34,480 nucleotides of DNA from a virus. This document shows positions 25,733-32,825 of this stretch, piece after piece. Where the stretch lies: IMG/VR virus record IMGVR_UViG_3300028534_000010, positions 1 through 34,480 of that record; one strand, 5' to 3'. The position numbers and the translations under genes are program-made. How positions within the stretch are numbered: position 1 is the stretch's first letter; each line of letters opens with the position of its first letter. The notes under the pieces were generated by a model, which worked only from the letters and a program-made list of their open reading frames with translations, was not told the DNA's origin and searched no databases.

Positions 25733-26596
25733 TTAAACCTCATGCTCTTTAAGTTTGTCGTAACGCTCTTTGAAGTCTGCTTCAAAGCACTTCACTGTCT
25801 CGATCATATTATAAATAAACTCTTCGTCTCTCGACACTTCCCTGATAATAAGATCCACTTTATCAGTATCCTGCGACTGCACCAGAAAGTGTGTCATATC
25901 AATGTCAAGTATATACATTTGTACCTGCATTTGAGCGTAGTATCGCTTTACAAGCTCTCCCCGTGTCAGCTCTGCCAGATATGTACTCAAAAATACAGAT
26001 TTGATCTCTATATTTATCTTGTTAAAATCTGAGTCAGTCGTGATCCCGTCTGTTGATGCACCTAGCATGATATCCTTCCCGACTACAAGCCCCTTTGACA
26101 CTACTTTATTGCCTGTCTTTTTCTCGTATAACTCAATAGCTCTTGGCTCAAGCTCATGCCCTAGGTTAGTGGCATCATTTTTAACGCCACTTTCTTTTAT
26201 AATACCATGCTCAAGTAGGAACTTCTCTGCCACTTTCTTATCGACATACGCGTCATAGGTCGGTATCTTTGTTCCTTTGATCGTGAATGGCGTACTGGAT
26301 GCAGTAATCATGCCTATTCTAGCTTTTAGCCATTCGTCAGTACCTTGGTCATGAGTAGCGTCTAAAACCTCTGGAATCTGCTCTTTTCGTAGCTCTTTTA
26401 CAAGCTTTTCTTTTTGCTCTTCTCTGTATTTTTCAATACTCTCCAAAAAGTCTGCTTCAAGTGTACTTTCAAACTCTATGATGTTTCCATCAAGAGTGTG
26501 ATCTTTGTCAAAAACATAGTCGCCCATATTATCGATAATGTACTTTCTGTAGAGACGCTTTCCTCCAGTCTGTTTAGTTGCCTTTATTAGGTTCAT
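25733..26596 (-). CDS. YqaJ-type (lambda Exo-like) recombination exonuclease
   Basis: GTDEWLKARIGMITASS, GHELEPRAIELYEKKTG and GASTDGI...INIEIKS fit the PD-(D/E)XK YqaJ pattern. Confidence 0.85.
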   Translation of the reverse strand: MNLIKATKQTGGKRLYRKYIIDNMGDYVFDKDHTLDGNIIEFESTLEADFLESIEKYREEQKEKLVKELRKEQIPEVLDATHDQGTDEWLKARIGMITASSTPFTIKGTKIPTYDAYVDKKVAEKFLLEHGIIKESGVKNDATNLGHELEPRAIELYEKKTGNKVVSKGLVVGKDIMLGASTDGITTDSDFNKINIEIKSVFLSTYLAELTRGELVKRYYAQMQVQMYILDIDMTHFLVQSQDTDKVDLIIREVSRDEEFIYNMIETVKCFEADFKERYDKLKEHEV

Positions 26597-27206
26597 CTAA
26601 TATCCCTTTTAATTCAAGTCCGTATTCTTTAAGTTTTTCTTTTTTGTCTACATCTACCTCTTGGCTAAACAGTGCTCCGATTTTCTTTTTAGCTTCGGAT
26701 ACGCTGTTTTTGTCTAGCAGGTCAACAGACTCTTTTACTGTCTCCATTTCAGCGATTGTGTCGATAGGCTCTTTTGTCAAGTCCTCTGGTACATTACGGG
26801 TGTCCTCTGGGTCTATATCACTAAGCCCAAGTATCCTGATAGACAGGATTCTACTGATATAGCCGAATTGTTTTCCTCTCTCTATCTCTGCGTCAAGATA
26901 CATCATATTTCCGTTTCTATCCTCTCTAGGTGCTATTGGCATAAGCGAAGCCACAGAAGAAATACTCTCTCCTGACTCTACATGATAGAGTGTTACAACT
27001 ACTGTTTCTGTTCCTAGAGACTCTGAATGCTGGATAGTTGATACAAGTTCAAGCCCGCACTCAGTAAGCGGCTTTTGGATTGTTTTTATTAGATTATCCT
27101 CACTTGCAAATTTCCAGTTACCACCTGCCCCGCCTTTTTGCTTATCAGCAACAAGCACAACTCCTTTTTTCCTGAACTCTGATTTTGCTTTTAGTAGGTT
27201 TATCAT
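26574..27206 (-). CDS. ERF-family single-strand annealing protein (tentative)
   Basis: 210 aa directly upstream of the exonuclease. NWKFASEDNLIKTIQKPLTECGLEL, LYHVESGESI and FGYISRILSIRILGLSDIDPED follow the ERF layout. Confidence 0.55.
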   Translation of the reverse strand: MINLLKAKSEFRKKGVVLVADKQKGGAGGNWKFASEDNLIKTIQKPLTECGLELVSTIQHSESLGTETVVVTLYHVESGESISSVASLMPIAPREDRNGNMMYLDAEIERGKQFGYISRILSIRILGLSDIDPEDTRNVPEDLTKEPIDTIAEMETVKESVDLLDKNSVSEAKKKIGALFSQEVDVDKKEKLKEYGLELKGILDEPNKGN

Positions 27207-27307
27207 TTATTCGCCCTTAAGTATTCAGCATACATAGCAACAGTCAATGACTCTGCATTAATGCCTTTTGCCTGCATTTCTGCAATGTACGTTTTCATTT
27301 TTTTCAT
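27203..27307 (-). CDS. Possible 34-aa protein
   Basis: Encodes MKKMKTYIAEMQAKGINAESLTVAMYAEYLRANK. It has an AAGGA SD and an ATGA overlap with the ERF start. Confidence 0.35.
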   Translation of the reverse strand: MKKMKTYIAEMQAKGINAESLTVAMYAEYLRANK

Positions 27308-27326
27308 TTTTTATCCTTTTTACTAT

Positions 27327-27403
27327 TGGTGTGGCAAGGCGGATTTGAACCGCTCCTCCATCCCGTTATGAGCGGGACGCTCTACCAATTAAGCTATTGC
27401 CCC
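27327..27403 (-). tRNA. tRNA with anticodon CAT (Met, or Ile2 if lysidine-modified), encoded CCA
   Basis: The reverse complement is GGGGCAA TA GCTT AATTGGTA GAGC G TCCCG CTCATAA CGGGA TGGAGG AGCGG TTCAAAT CCGCC TTGCCAC A CCA, which folds as a cloverleaf. It has a G2-A71 mismatch, an A49-C65 mismatch and a 6-nt variable region. Confidence 0.75.
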
Positions 27404-27625
27404 ATATATCAACGAATCGAATGCACAAAGTGGGCTATCATCATACCAGTCTATTTGATACGAATTTATCTCATCATCAAGCATCATAAGCGTATCATCC
27501 ATGAACTGATTTGCCTCTGCCTCATCCATGCTTTTTAGGATAGCTTGGAGAAGCAGTGTTTTCCCGTATGCGTCAGATATGTCATCAATGCCATTCTCTT
27601 TTGCAATTGCTTGTAGTTTTGTCAT
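27389..27625 (-). CDS. Hypothetical acidic protein (first gene of the early-left operon)
   Basis: 78 aa. Its last 15 nt overlap the 5' end of the tRNA. Confidence 0.55.
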   Translation of the reverse strand: MTKLQAIAKENGIDDISDAYGKTLLLQAILKSMDEAEANQFMDDTLMMLDDEINSYQIDWYDDSPLCAFDSLIYGAIA

Positions 27626-27765
27626 TCATTTCCTTTGTTTTGATTACAAATGATAACATATAAAATCTTAAACTATTATTAATAAACAGATAATAGATAA
27701 TATATTTATTTAATATTGAATTAAGTATATATATGATATTATTTTACATATCGTAATAAAGGAAA
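27626..27765. promoter_or_regulatory. AT-rich divergent early control region
   Basis: A 140-bp gap, very AT-rich, lies between the divergent gene starts at 27625 (-) and 27766 (+). It contains agataat-agataat and ttaat-attga-attaa repeats. Promoters are expected here but cannot be mapped by eye. Confidence 0.45.
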
Positions 27766-28026
27766 TTGATGGAGAATCTAGTAAAAAATATAAAAGAAAA
27801 GATGAAAGAGAAACGGTGGTCTGTCAAGGCTATAGAAGAAGAGATAGGATACCCAAGAGGCACACTGTCAGTTAAATTCGCAAGATCGAAAAAATCAGGT
27901 GCAGGAGGGTTTGTCTTTTACGACATAATGAAGCTAACTGAGATACTTGAGTGCTCTTGGGATGACCTATGCAAAGGAGTAGATTTTAAAAGGACTGGCA
28001 GAGGATACATGAGGAAAAAGAAATGA
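27766..28026 (+). CDS. Cro/XRE-like HTH regulator
   Basis: 86 aa. KEKRWSVKAIEEEIGYPRGTLSVKF...LTEILECSWDDL has an HTH_XRE layout. It is the first gene of the early-right operon. Confidence 0.55.
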   Translation: MMENLVKNIKEKMKEKRWSVKAIEEEIGYPRGTLSVKFARSKKSGAGGFVFYDIMKLTEILECSWDDLCKGVDFKRTGRGYMRKKK

Positions 28027-28247
28027 CAAAGCAGGATCAGATACTCGAATACATGATGAGCGGCAAAGAGATAACGCCTCGTATCGCTGTGGCAGAGTTT
28101 GATGCTTGGCGACTTGCAGATAGCGTTGCAAAGCTGAAAGCAAAAGGCTATGAGATAGAAAATATCCAAGCAGAAAGAGGAGCTAAGCACGGCATATATC
28201 GCATGACTGAAGAATCTATCAAAGTGGCAAAGGATAAACAATGCTAA
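28023..28247 (+). CDS. Winged-helix DNA-binding protein
   Basis: 74 aa. ILEYMMSGKEITPRIAVAEFDAWRLADSVAKLKAKGYEIE is typical of small phage wHTH proteins. An ATGA overlap joins it to the upstream gene. Confidence 0.55.
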   Translation: MTKQDQILEYMMSGKEITPRIAVAEFDAWRLADSVAKLKAKGYEIENIQAERGAKHGIYRMTEESIKVAKDKQC

Positions 28248-28287
28248 AAACAATAACAAAAGGATGCGAACAGAAAAGAGGCACTAG

Positions 28288-28530
28288 ATGATAAGCATAG
28301 AAGAAATACGCAAAATACATCATGAAACATGGGGGATTAAGAGCGGGTACTCAATGGACTATGTTGACGGTATTATCGACGTAATATACGACTCAATAGG
28401 AACGTGTCAACAATGCAAACACTATATTGAAATTAATGAATCAAGCGGGCTGTGCGACAATCAACTCCTGCCAGAAATTGGCGTTGATGCAGACTTTTTT
28501 TGTAAGTTTTTTGAAAAGGAAACAGAATGA
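28288..28530 (+). CDS. Hypothetical Cys-containing protein
   Basis: 80 aa with CQQC...C...C spacing. Confidence 0.55.
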   Translation: MISIEEIRKIHHETWGIKSGYSMDYVDGIIDVIYDSIGTCQQCKHYIEINESSGLCDNQLLPEIGVDADFFCKFFEKETE

Positions 28531-28658
28531 ACAAATCCAGAATATTGCTATTACCAACAATAAGATTGAATAAATATGATACATTTATACAGACAGACTG
28601 CGTGCTCGAAATTATCGGTAACATACACGAATCACAAGAACTCTTAAGCACAGATTAA
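28527..28658 (+). CDS. Possible 43-aa protein
   Basis: ATGA overlap with the upstream stop. It encodes MNKSRILLLPTIRLNKYDTFIQTDCVLEIIGNIHESQELLSTD. Confidence 0.4.
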   Translation: MNKSRILLLPTIRLNKYDTFIQTDCVLEIIGNIHESQELLSTD

Positions 28659-28670
28659 TAAAAAGTAGTT

Positions 28671-28765
28671 TTATATGTCGTCCAGACATCGAGTCCTTAC
28701 CTCTTGGTAGGGGCGACATATAAGGTTACTAACTTTGTTAGGTTTGAGTAGGTGTTTGGACGACA
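28671..28765 (+). ncRNA. Structured RNA candidate with two mutually exclusive helices
   Basis: Helix A pairs 28671-28680 with 28714-28723 (10 bp). Helix C pairs 28676-28690 with 28751-28765 (15 bp, 2 G-U). Hairpin B spans 28694-28713 (8 bp, 2 G-U, tetraloop tctt). Hairpin D spans 28729-28741. The G-U pairs exist only on the plus-strand transcript. Confidence 0.45.
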
Positions 28766-28801
28766 CTACCAATCTTAAATTTAAATGCTCCGAAAGACGA
28801 T

Positions 28802-28960
28802 ATGGAAAGTGACGCTATTCATGCGATGCTAAAACATCAAGCACAACTTAAATGCGGTGATCTATGGTCTAACATGAATGAAAAAGAGCAATTAACGGCT
28901 ATGTTAAAAGTGGAAGAAGATTTGCTAAAGGAGTATGATAGTGGCAAAAATAAGAATTAA
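28802..28960 (+). CDS. Possible 52-aa protein
   Basis: Encodes MESDAIHAMLKHQAQLKCGDLWSNMNEKEQLTAMLKVEEDLLKEYDSGKNKN. It overlaps the initiator start by 26 nt and has a weak SD. Confidence 0.35.
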   Translation: MESDAIHAMLKHQAQLKCGDLWSNMNEKEQLTAMLKVEEDLLKEYDSGKNKN

Positions 28961-29609
28961 GAAGCATATCACGCTAAACCTAGAGCTATGCACATCGTAT
29001 GATATTTCCTACCCAGAATGGATACTTTGTGAGCAGATTCAGTTTCTATCCGTAAGAAAAGGATACTGCTATGCAAAGAGAAAAACACTAGCAGAAGCAC
29101 TTAAAATATCAGTACGAGGTCTACAGAAGATGATAGATAGATTAATAGAAAAAGGACTACTAAAAAGACACGAAAATGCAGCTCTTACAGTAACAGAAAA
29201 GTGGCTAAATTCCCAAGAAATTAAAGATTCTAGCCACGAACAAAGTTCACCCCTAGCACGAACAAAGTTCACCCCTAGACACGAACAAAGTTCACCCCCT
29301 ACTATAAAGATGGATAATTTAAGTGTAGATATAAAAGAAGAGCAATACCCAGAACCACTAAAAGAGTGGATAGACTATCGTAAAGAAATTAAGAAGCCAC
29401 TAAAAGAATCATCAATCAAAAGACTTCTTAAAAAGCATGATTTAGATAGTCATTCTTTTGCATTGTCAGTAGACCACTCTATAGAAAATGGGTATCAAGG
29501 GTTATTTGCTCCTAAAACAAATAAAACGTACACAAAACAAGATCAACTCCTAGATGAAATGTTCCCAGACGAAACATCAGGAACAATAGATGTTGAGGTG
29601 ATAACATGA
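28935..29609 (+). CDS. Replication initiator / replisome organiser (wHTH N-terminus)
   Basis: 224 aa. RKTLAEALKISVRGLQKMIDRLIEKGLLKR is wHTH-like, and the C-terminal LKEWIDYRKEIKKPLKESSIKRLLKK is typical of phage replication organisers. The gene contains iterons internally. Confidence 0.55.
   Translation: MIVAKIRIKKHITLNLELCTSYDISYPEWILCEQIQFLSVRKGYCYAKRKTLAEALKISVRGLQKMIDRLIEKGLLKRHENAALTVTEKWLNSQEIKDSSHEQSSPLARTKFTPRHEQSSPPTIKMDNLSVDIKEEQYPEPLKEWIDYRKEIKKPLKESSIKRLLKKHDLDSHSFALSVDHSIENGYQGLFAPKTNKTYTKQDQLLDEMFPDETSGTIDVEVIT
29235..29300. repeat. Three direct iterons cacgaacaaagttcacccct (candidate origin of replication)
   Basis: Copies lie at 29235-29254, 29257-29276 and 29280-29300, spaced 22 and 23 bp apart. 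An AT-rich stretch, actataaagatggataatttaagtgtagatataaaag, follows. Confidence 0.6.
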
Positions 29610-30178
29610 AAGAAATCATAGAGTACATTGGAAGCGTATTAAATATCAAGATAGATAATAGGCTAGTAATAGACGATATAACAACAGAGCTAAAGTCAAT
29701 AGGTGACATCGTTGACTATAAAAACTTCCTCAAAAAAAACATGAATCATATCCATACACAATACATGACAGGGTTTCAAAAATTCATTAAGCTGACAGAA
29801 ATCTATAAGAGACAATTAGCACTTGAGTCAAGCAGCGACAGGATAAGTAATGCAGATGATTTTGCTAAAAAGCTTGCAAGTAAGGTGAAGTCAGTGGCAA
29901 AAGAAATAGAAGAAAATTCATATCTTGACTATGACAATTTTATATCAAGCGGAGAGCCGTACTTTTCTGATTATGAAAGGAAGCAGATAGACAAGATAGG
30001 CGGGCTTCAAACAGCAATAAGGCTACAAAAGAGCGTTAGCGGCACAGATGCACTGGAGGAAAGGCTAAGGTCTCAATCTGTATCTATCGTGATAAGAGAT
30101 GCACTCAAGAAGCCAGACAAGCAGAAGTCACTATCAATGGTGAAAGACGCTGCGAATGCAACGAGGATAGCGAAATGA
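29606..30178 (+). CDS. Hypothetical protein (replication module by position)
   Basis: 190 aa with an ATGA overlap with the initiator gene. Confidence 0.6.
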   Translation: MKEIIEYIGSVLNIKIDNRLVIDDITTELKSIGDIVDYKNFLKKNMNHIHTQYMTGFQKFIKLTEIYKRQLALESSSDRISNADDFAKKLASKVKSVAKEIEENSYLDYDNFISSGEPYFSDYERKQIDKIGGLQTAIRLQKSVSGTDALEERLRSQSVSIVIRDALKKPDKQKSLSMVKDAANATRIAK

Positions 30179-30223
30179 AAAAAATACAAAAAAACAACAG
30201 TTTAAGCTGTTTGTTATCTTTTG

Positions 30224-30229
30224 TATAAT
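30224..30229 (+). promoter_or_regulatory. Candidate -10 box TATAAT for the PcfJ-like gene
   Basis: ttgTATAATataat lies 34 nt upstream of the ATG at 30263, and an AGGAGG SD follows it. Confidence 0.35.
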
Positions 30230-30262
30230 ATAATACGGTATCTACATAGCTAGGAGGCTAAA

Positions 30263-31603
30263 ATGAAATACACAGAATATGCGAAAGCGTTCAACTGCAA
30301 AGACGATGTGATAGTTTGGATAGATGCGAATCTGCAAAACTATCTGAAAAAGAATGAAGAAAACCAAACAGATATTGAGCATATACTTGACTACCTATGC
30401 TCCGATGCAAGACCAAAGAGAATAGCAAAAATGAGCTATAAAGAAGCTCTGTCAAATGCAGAGAAGTGGTCAAAGTCACTACAGAAAAAAGCATCTGGGA
30501 TAGATGAGGAAGAAGATGATACTGAAACCGTCCTTGATTTTAGAGACGGATTCAAGATAGTTAAGTTGGTCGGCAGGAATGCATATGATAGAGAGGGTAT
30601 GCTTATGCGGCACTGCGTATCGTCATATTACGGTAAAGATACAGAGGTATATTCATTGAGAGACAAAGATAATATGCCGCACTGCACAATAGAGAAAGAC
30701 AAACAGATAAAAGGGAAAGGGAATGGGTCTATAAGCCCAAAGTACATAAAATATGTAGTAGAGTTTCTTGAGCATATTGGCATGGAAGTTAGAGATAACG
30801 AGATGAAAAATCTTGGGTATGTGAATATCGAAAAAGTAAAGAATGATTTCGATTTTATGCCAACATTTAGAAGTAAATATTTCTACAAAGACGATATATT
30901 AAAAGTAAAAAACAAAGACGATATGCGACTGTGGAACATCTTTGGGCTGTTCACAATAAAGAAACATGAGACAAGTTTCAATTTTGACTTATCTCTGTCT
31001 ATAAAAAAACATATTAGCAGAACAAAAGCTAAAGATTATATAGCAGCTAGGGACTACTCAACCGTAGCAGCTCTGGACTCATCAACCGTAGCAGCTAGGA
31101 ACTACTCAACCGTAGCAGCTAGGAACTCATCAACCGTAGCAGCTAGGAACTCATCAACCGTAGCAGCTAGGAGCTACTCAACCGTAGCAGCTCTGGACTC
31201 ATCAACCGTAGCAGCTAGGAACTACTCAACCGTAGCAGCTCTGGACTCATCAACCGTAGCAGCTCTGGACTACTCAACCGTAGCAGCTAGGGACTACTCA
31301 ACCGTAGCAGCTAGGAACTACTCAACCGTAGCAGCTCTGGACTCATCAACCGTAGCAGCTAGGAACTCATCAACCGTAGCAGCTAGGAACTACTCAACCG
31401 TAGCAGGTGGGAAAGATTGCGTAATAGTAGCAAGAGCGAACTCAAAAGCTAAGGGATTGATGCGGTCAGTGATAACACTATGTGAGACTAATAATTTCGG
31501 TGAAATTACAAACTTTGTATCATTCCAAATCGATGGTGATAAATACAAAGAAGATACATTTTATCACATCAAAAATGGTAAGATTACAGAATTTAAAGGA
31601 TAG
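30263..31603 (+). CDS. PcfJ-like domain protein with a central 8-residue tandem-repeat array
   Basis: 446 aa. REGMLMRHCVSSYYGKDTEVYSLRDKDNMPHCTIE fits the PcfJ-like signature. Residues about 258-381 are STVAA(R/L)(N/D/S)(Y/S) repeated. Confidence 0.6.
   Translation: MKYTEYAKAFNCKDDVIVWIDANLQNYLKKNEENQTDIEHILDYLCSDARPKRIAKMSYKEALSNAEKWSKSLQKKASGIDEEEDDTETVLDFRDGFKIVKLVGRNAYDREGMLMRHCVSSYYGKDTEVYSLRDKDNMPHCTIEKDKQIKGKGNGSISPKYIKYVVEFLEHIGMEVRDNEMKNLGYVNIEKVKNDFDFMPTFRSKYFYKDDILKVKNKDDMRLWNIFGLFTIKKHETSFNFDLSLSIKKHISRTKAKDYIAARDYSTVAALDSSTVAARNYSTVAARNSSTVAARNSSTVAARSYSTVAALDSSTVAARNYSTVAALDSSTVAALDYSTVAARDYSTVAARNYSTVAALDSSTVAARNSSTVAARNYSTVAGGKDCVIVARANSKAKGLMRSVITLCETNNFGEITNFVSFQIDGDKYKEDTFYHIKNGKITEFKG
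31034..31406 (+). repeat. 24-bp in-frame tandem repeat: 14 full units, one degenerate leading unit and one truncated terminal unit
   Basis: The unit is tcaaccgtagcagct plus 9 variable nt. Full units start at 31058 and recur every 24 bp up to 31370. The 15-nt core is identical in all of them. Confidence 0.95.
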
Positions 31604-31606
31604 TAG

Positions 31607-31921
31607 ATGATAGAGGTAAAAACACACAGAAATTCTGGATTCGGTATGGCTAAAATCGCTATAAATATTGACAGTATATCAACCGTAATGAATAAAGGAA
31701 TTGTTGTGATTGTGCTAAATGACGCAACTTCAATCATGCTAGATGAAAGCCATAAAAATTGTGATATTTTGTCTGCAATAAAAACAGCAAGGAAGGAAAG
31801 ATGCTCACAAACAAAAGAAACAATCAGAGCACTAAAAGAACTAGACACGCTAACGCCAATGGCATCAAAGGCAGCGGTGAACGAACTTATCGCAAAATTG
31901 GAGGCACAAAGTGAAACCTAA
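31607..31921 (+). CDS. Hypothetical protein
   Basis: 104 aa, starting 3 nt after the upstream stop. Confidence 0.55.
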   Translation: MIEVKTHRNSGFGMAKIAINIDSISTVMNKGIVVIVLNDATSIMLDESHKNCDILSAIKTARKERCSQTKETIRALKELDTLTPMASKAAVNELIAKLEAQSET

Positions 31922-32042
31922 GCACTACACACAAGGTCTATCAGTAGGAGCCGTCTATATCTACAGAGACGGCAAAAAGCTATATCTTACACCGTTCTAT
32001 GACAAGAGCGGTAGATTGAAATATAAGGAGATTGACGGATGA
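31911..32042 (+). CDS. Possible 43-aa protein (GTG start)
   Basis: A GGAGG SD at 31900-31904 lies 6 nt upstream of the GTG start. An ATGA overlap joins it to the next gene. Confidence 0.4.
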   Translation: MKPKHYTQGLSVGAVYIYRDGKKLYLTPFYDKSGRLKYKEIDG

Positions 32043-32251
32043 AATGGAAAAACACAGAAATAGACGGATACCCAAAAGATGATGGGCTAGTATTCGTATC
32101 TAATGGAAAATATATAGATGCCGCTTGTTGGAACTCTTATCACGAGTGCTGGGATGATGTATCGTGTGATGACTACTATTTAGAAAAAGAAGCATTTAAG
32201 TTTTGGCTTGCACCACCACCACTGACAGATATTGGAAAGGATAAAGAATAA
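32039..32251 (+). CDS. DUF551-like phage protein (tentative)
   Basis: 70 aa with W...P...VFV...W...FWLAPPPL, the layout typical of DUF551. Confidence 0.45.
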   Translation: MKWKNTEIDGYPKDDGLVFVSNGKYIDAACWNSYHECWDDVSCDDYYLEKEAFKFWLAPPPLTDIGKDKE

Positions 32252-32685
32252 TGCTGCTAAAAATAAATGGAGTCGTTAGGCTAACAAGAGACGTAGAAAT
32301 TCGCTACACTCAATCAGGAAGTGCAATAGCCAGCTTTGGCGTTGCATCAAGCAAAAAATACAAAACACAATCAGGCGAACAAAAAGAAGAGACAACTTTT
32401 GTCGATTGTACTGCATTTGGCAGATTAGCTGAAATCTGCAATCAGTACCTGCACAAAGGAAGCAAAATCTACATAGTCGGTGAGCTAAAACTTGACCAGT
32501 GGACTGCACAGGACGGCACGAAGAGATCAAAGCACTCTATAACAATAGAGTCAATGGAAATGTTAGATGGGAATAGTGGCGGCAATGAAGCAACAGTGAA
32601 GCAAAATCAACAGAACAATACGGATGCACAAAACGCTACTCCACAGATACCAGAAATTGACATAGATGATGAAATTCCATTCTAA
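32251..32685 (+). CDS. ssb: Single-stranded DNA-binding protein
   Basis: The OB-fold core is GVVRLTRDVEIRYTQSGSAIASFGVA...TTFVDCTAFGRLAEICNQYLHKGSKIYIVGELKLDQW, and the acidic tail is IDDEIPF. Confidence 0.95.
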   Translation: MLLKINGVVRLTRDVEIRYTQSGSAIASFGVASSKKYKTQSGEQKEETTFVDCTAFGRLAEICNQYLHKGSKIYIVGELKLDQWTAQDGTKRSKHSITIESMEMLDGNSGGNEATVKQNQQNNTDAQNATPQIPEIDIDDEIPF

Positions 32686-32745
32686 ATGGTAAGCAATAAT
32701 TAGATATAATCATTTATGCGTTGGCTGAAATGCCAACCAGAGAGG

Positions 32746-32819
32746 CGTTATAGATGCTGCCTACTCAAGCCTCCTAAAGCAATGGCGGCATCATCTATAA
32801 CGGATAAGACTTTAGGAGG
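32746..32819 (+). promoter_or_regulatory. Leader hairpin whose loop is a perfect 10-nt anti-SD (pseudoknot-type SD sequestration)
   Basis: Arm 32746-32761 pairs with arm 32784-32802. The loop sequence cctcctaaag (32770-32779) is the exact reverse complement of ctttaggagg (32810-32819), which contains the SD for the ATG at 32826. Confidence 0.5.
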
Positions 32820-32825
32820 TCTCAA

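Noticed and set aside
27327-27403. The tRNA as an attP or integration-site fragment
   Set aside because: It is a full-length tRNA with an encoded CCA rather than a 3' fragment, and the genome encodes no integrase.
31034-31406. The 24-bp repeat array read as a CRISPR array or as a DGR variable region
   Set aside because: The units are contiguous with no spacers and lie in frame within a long ORF, so this is not a CRISPR array. There is no reverse transcriptase or template repeat anywhere in the genome, and the variation is not adenine-specific, so it is not a DGR.
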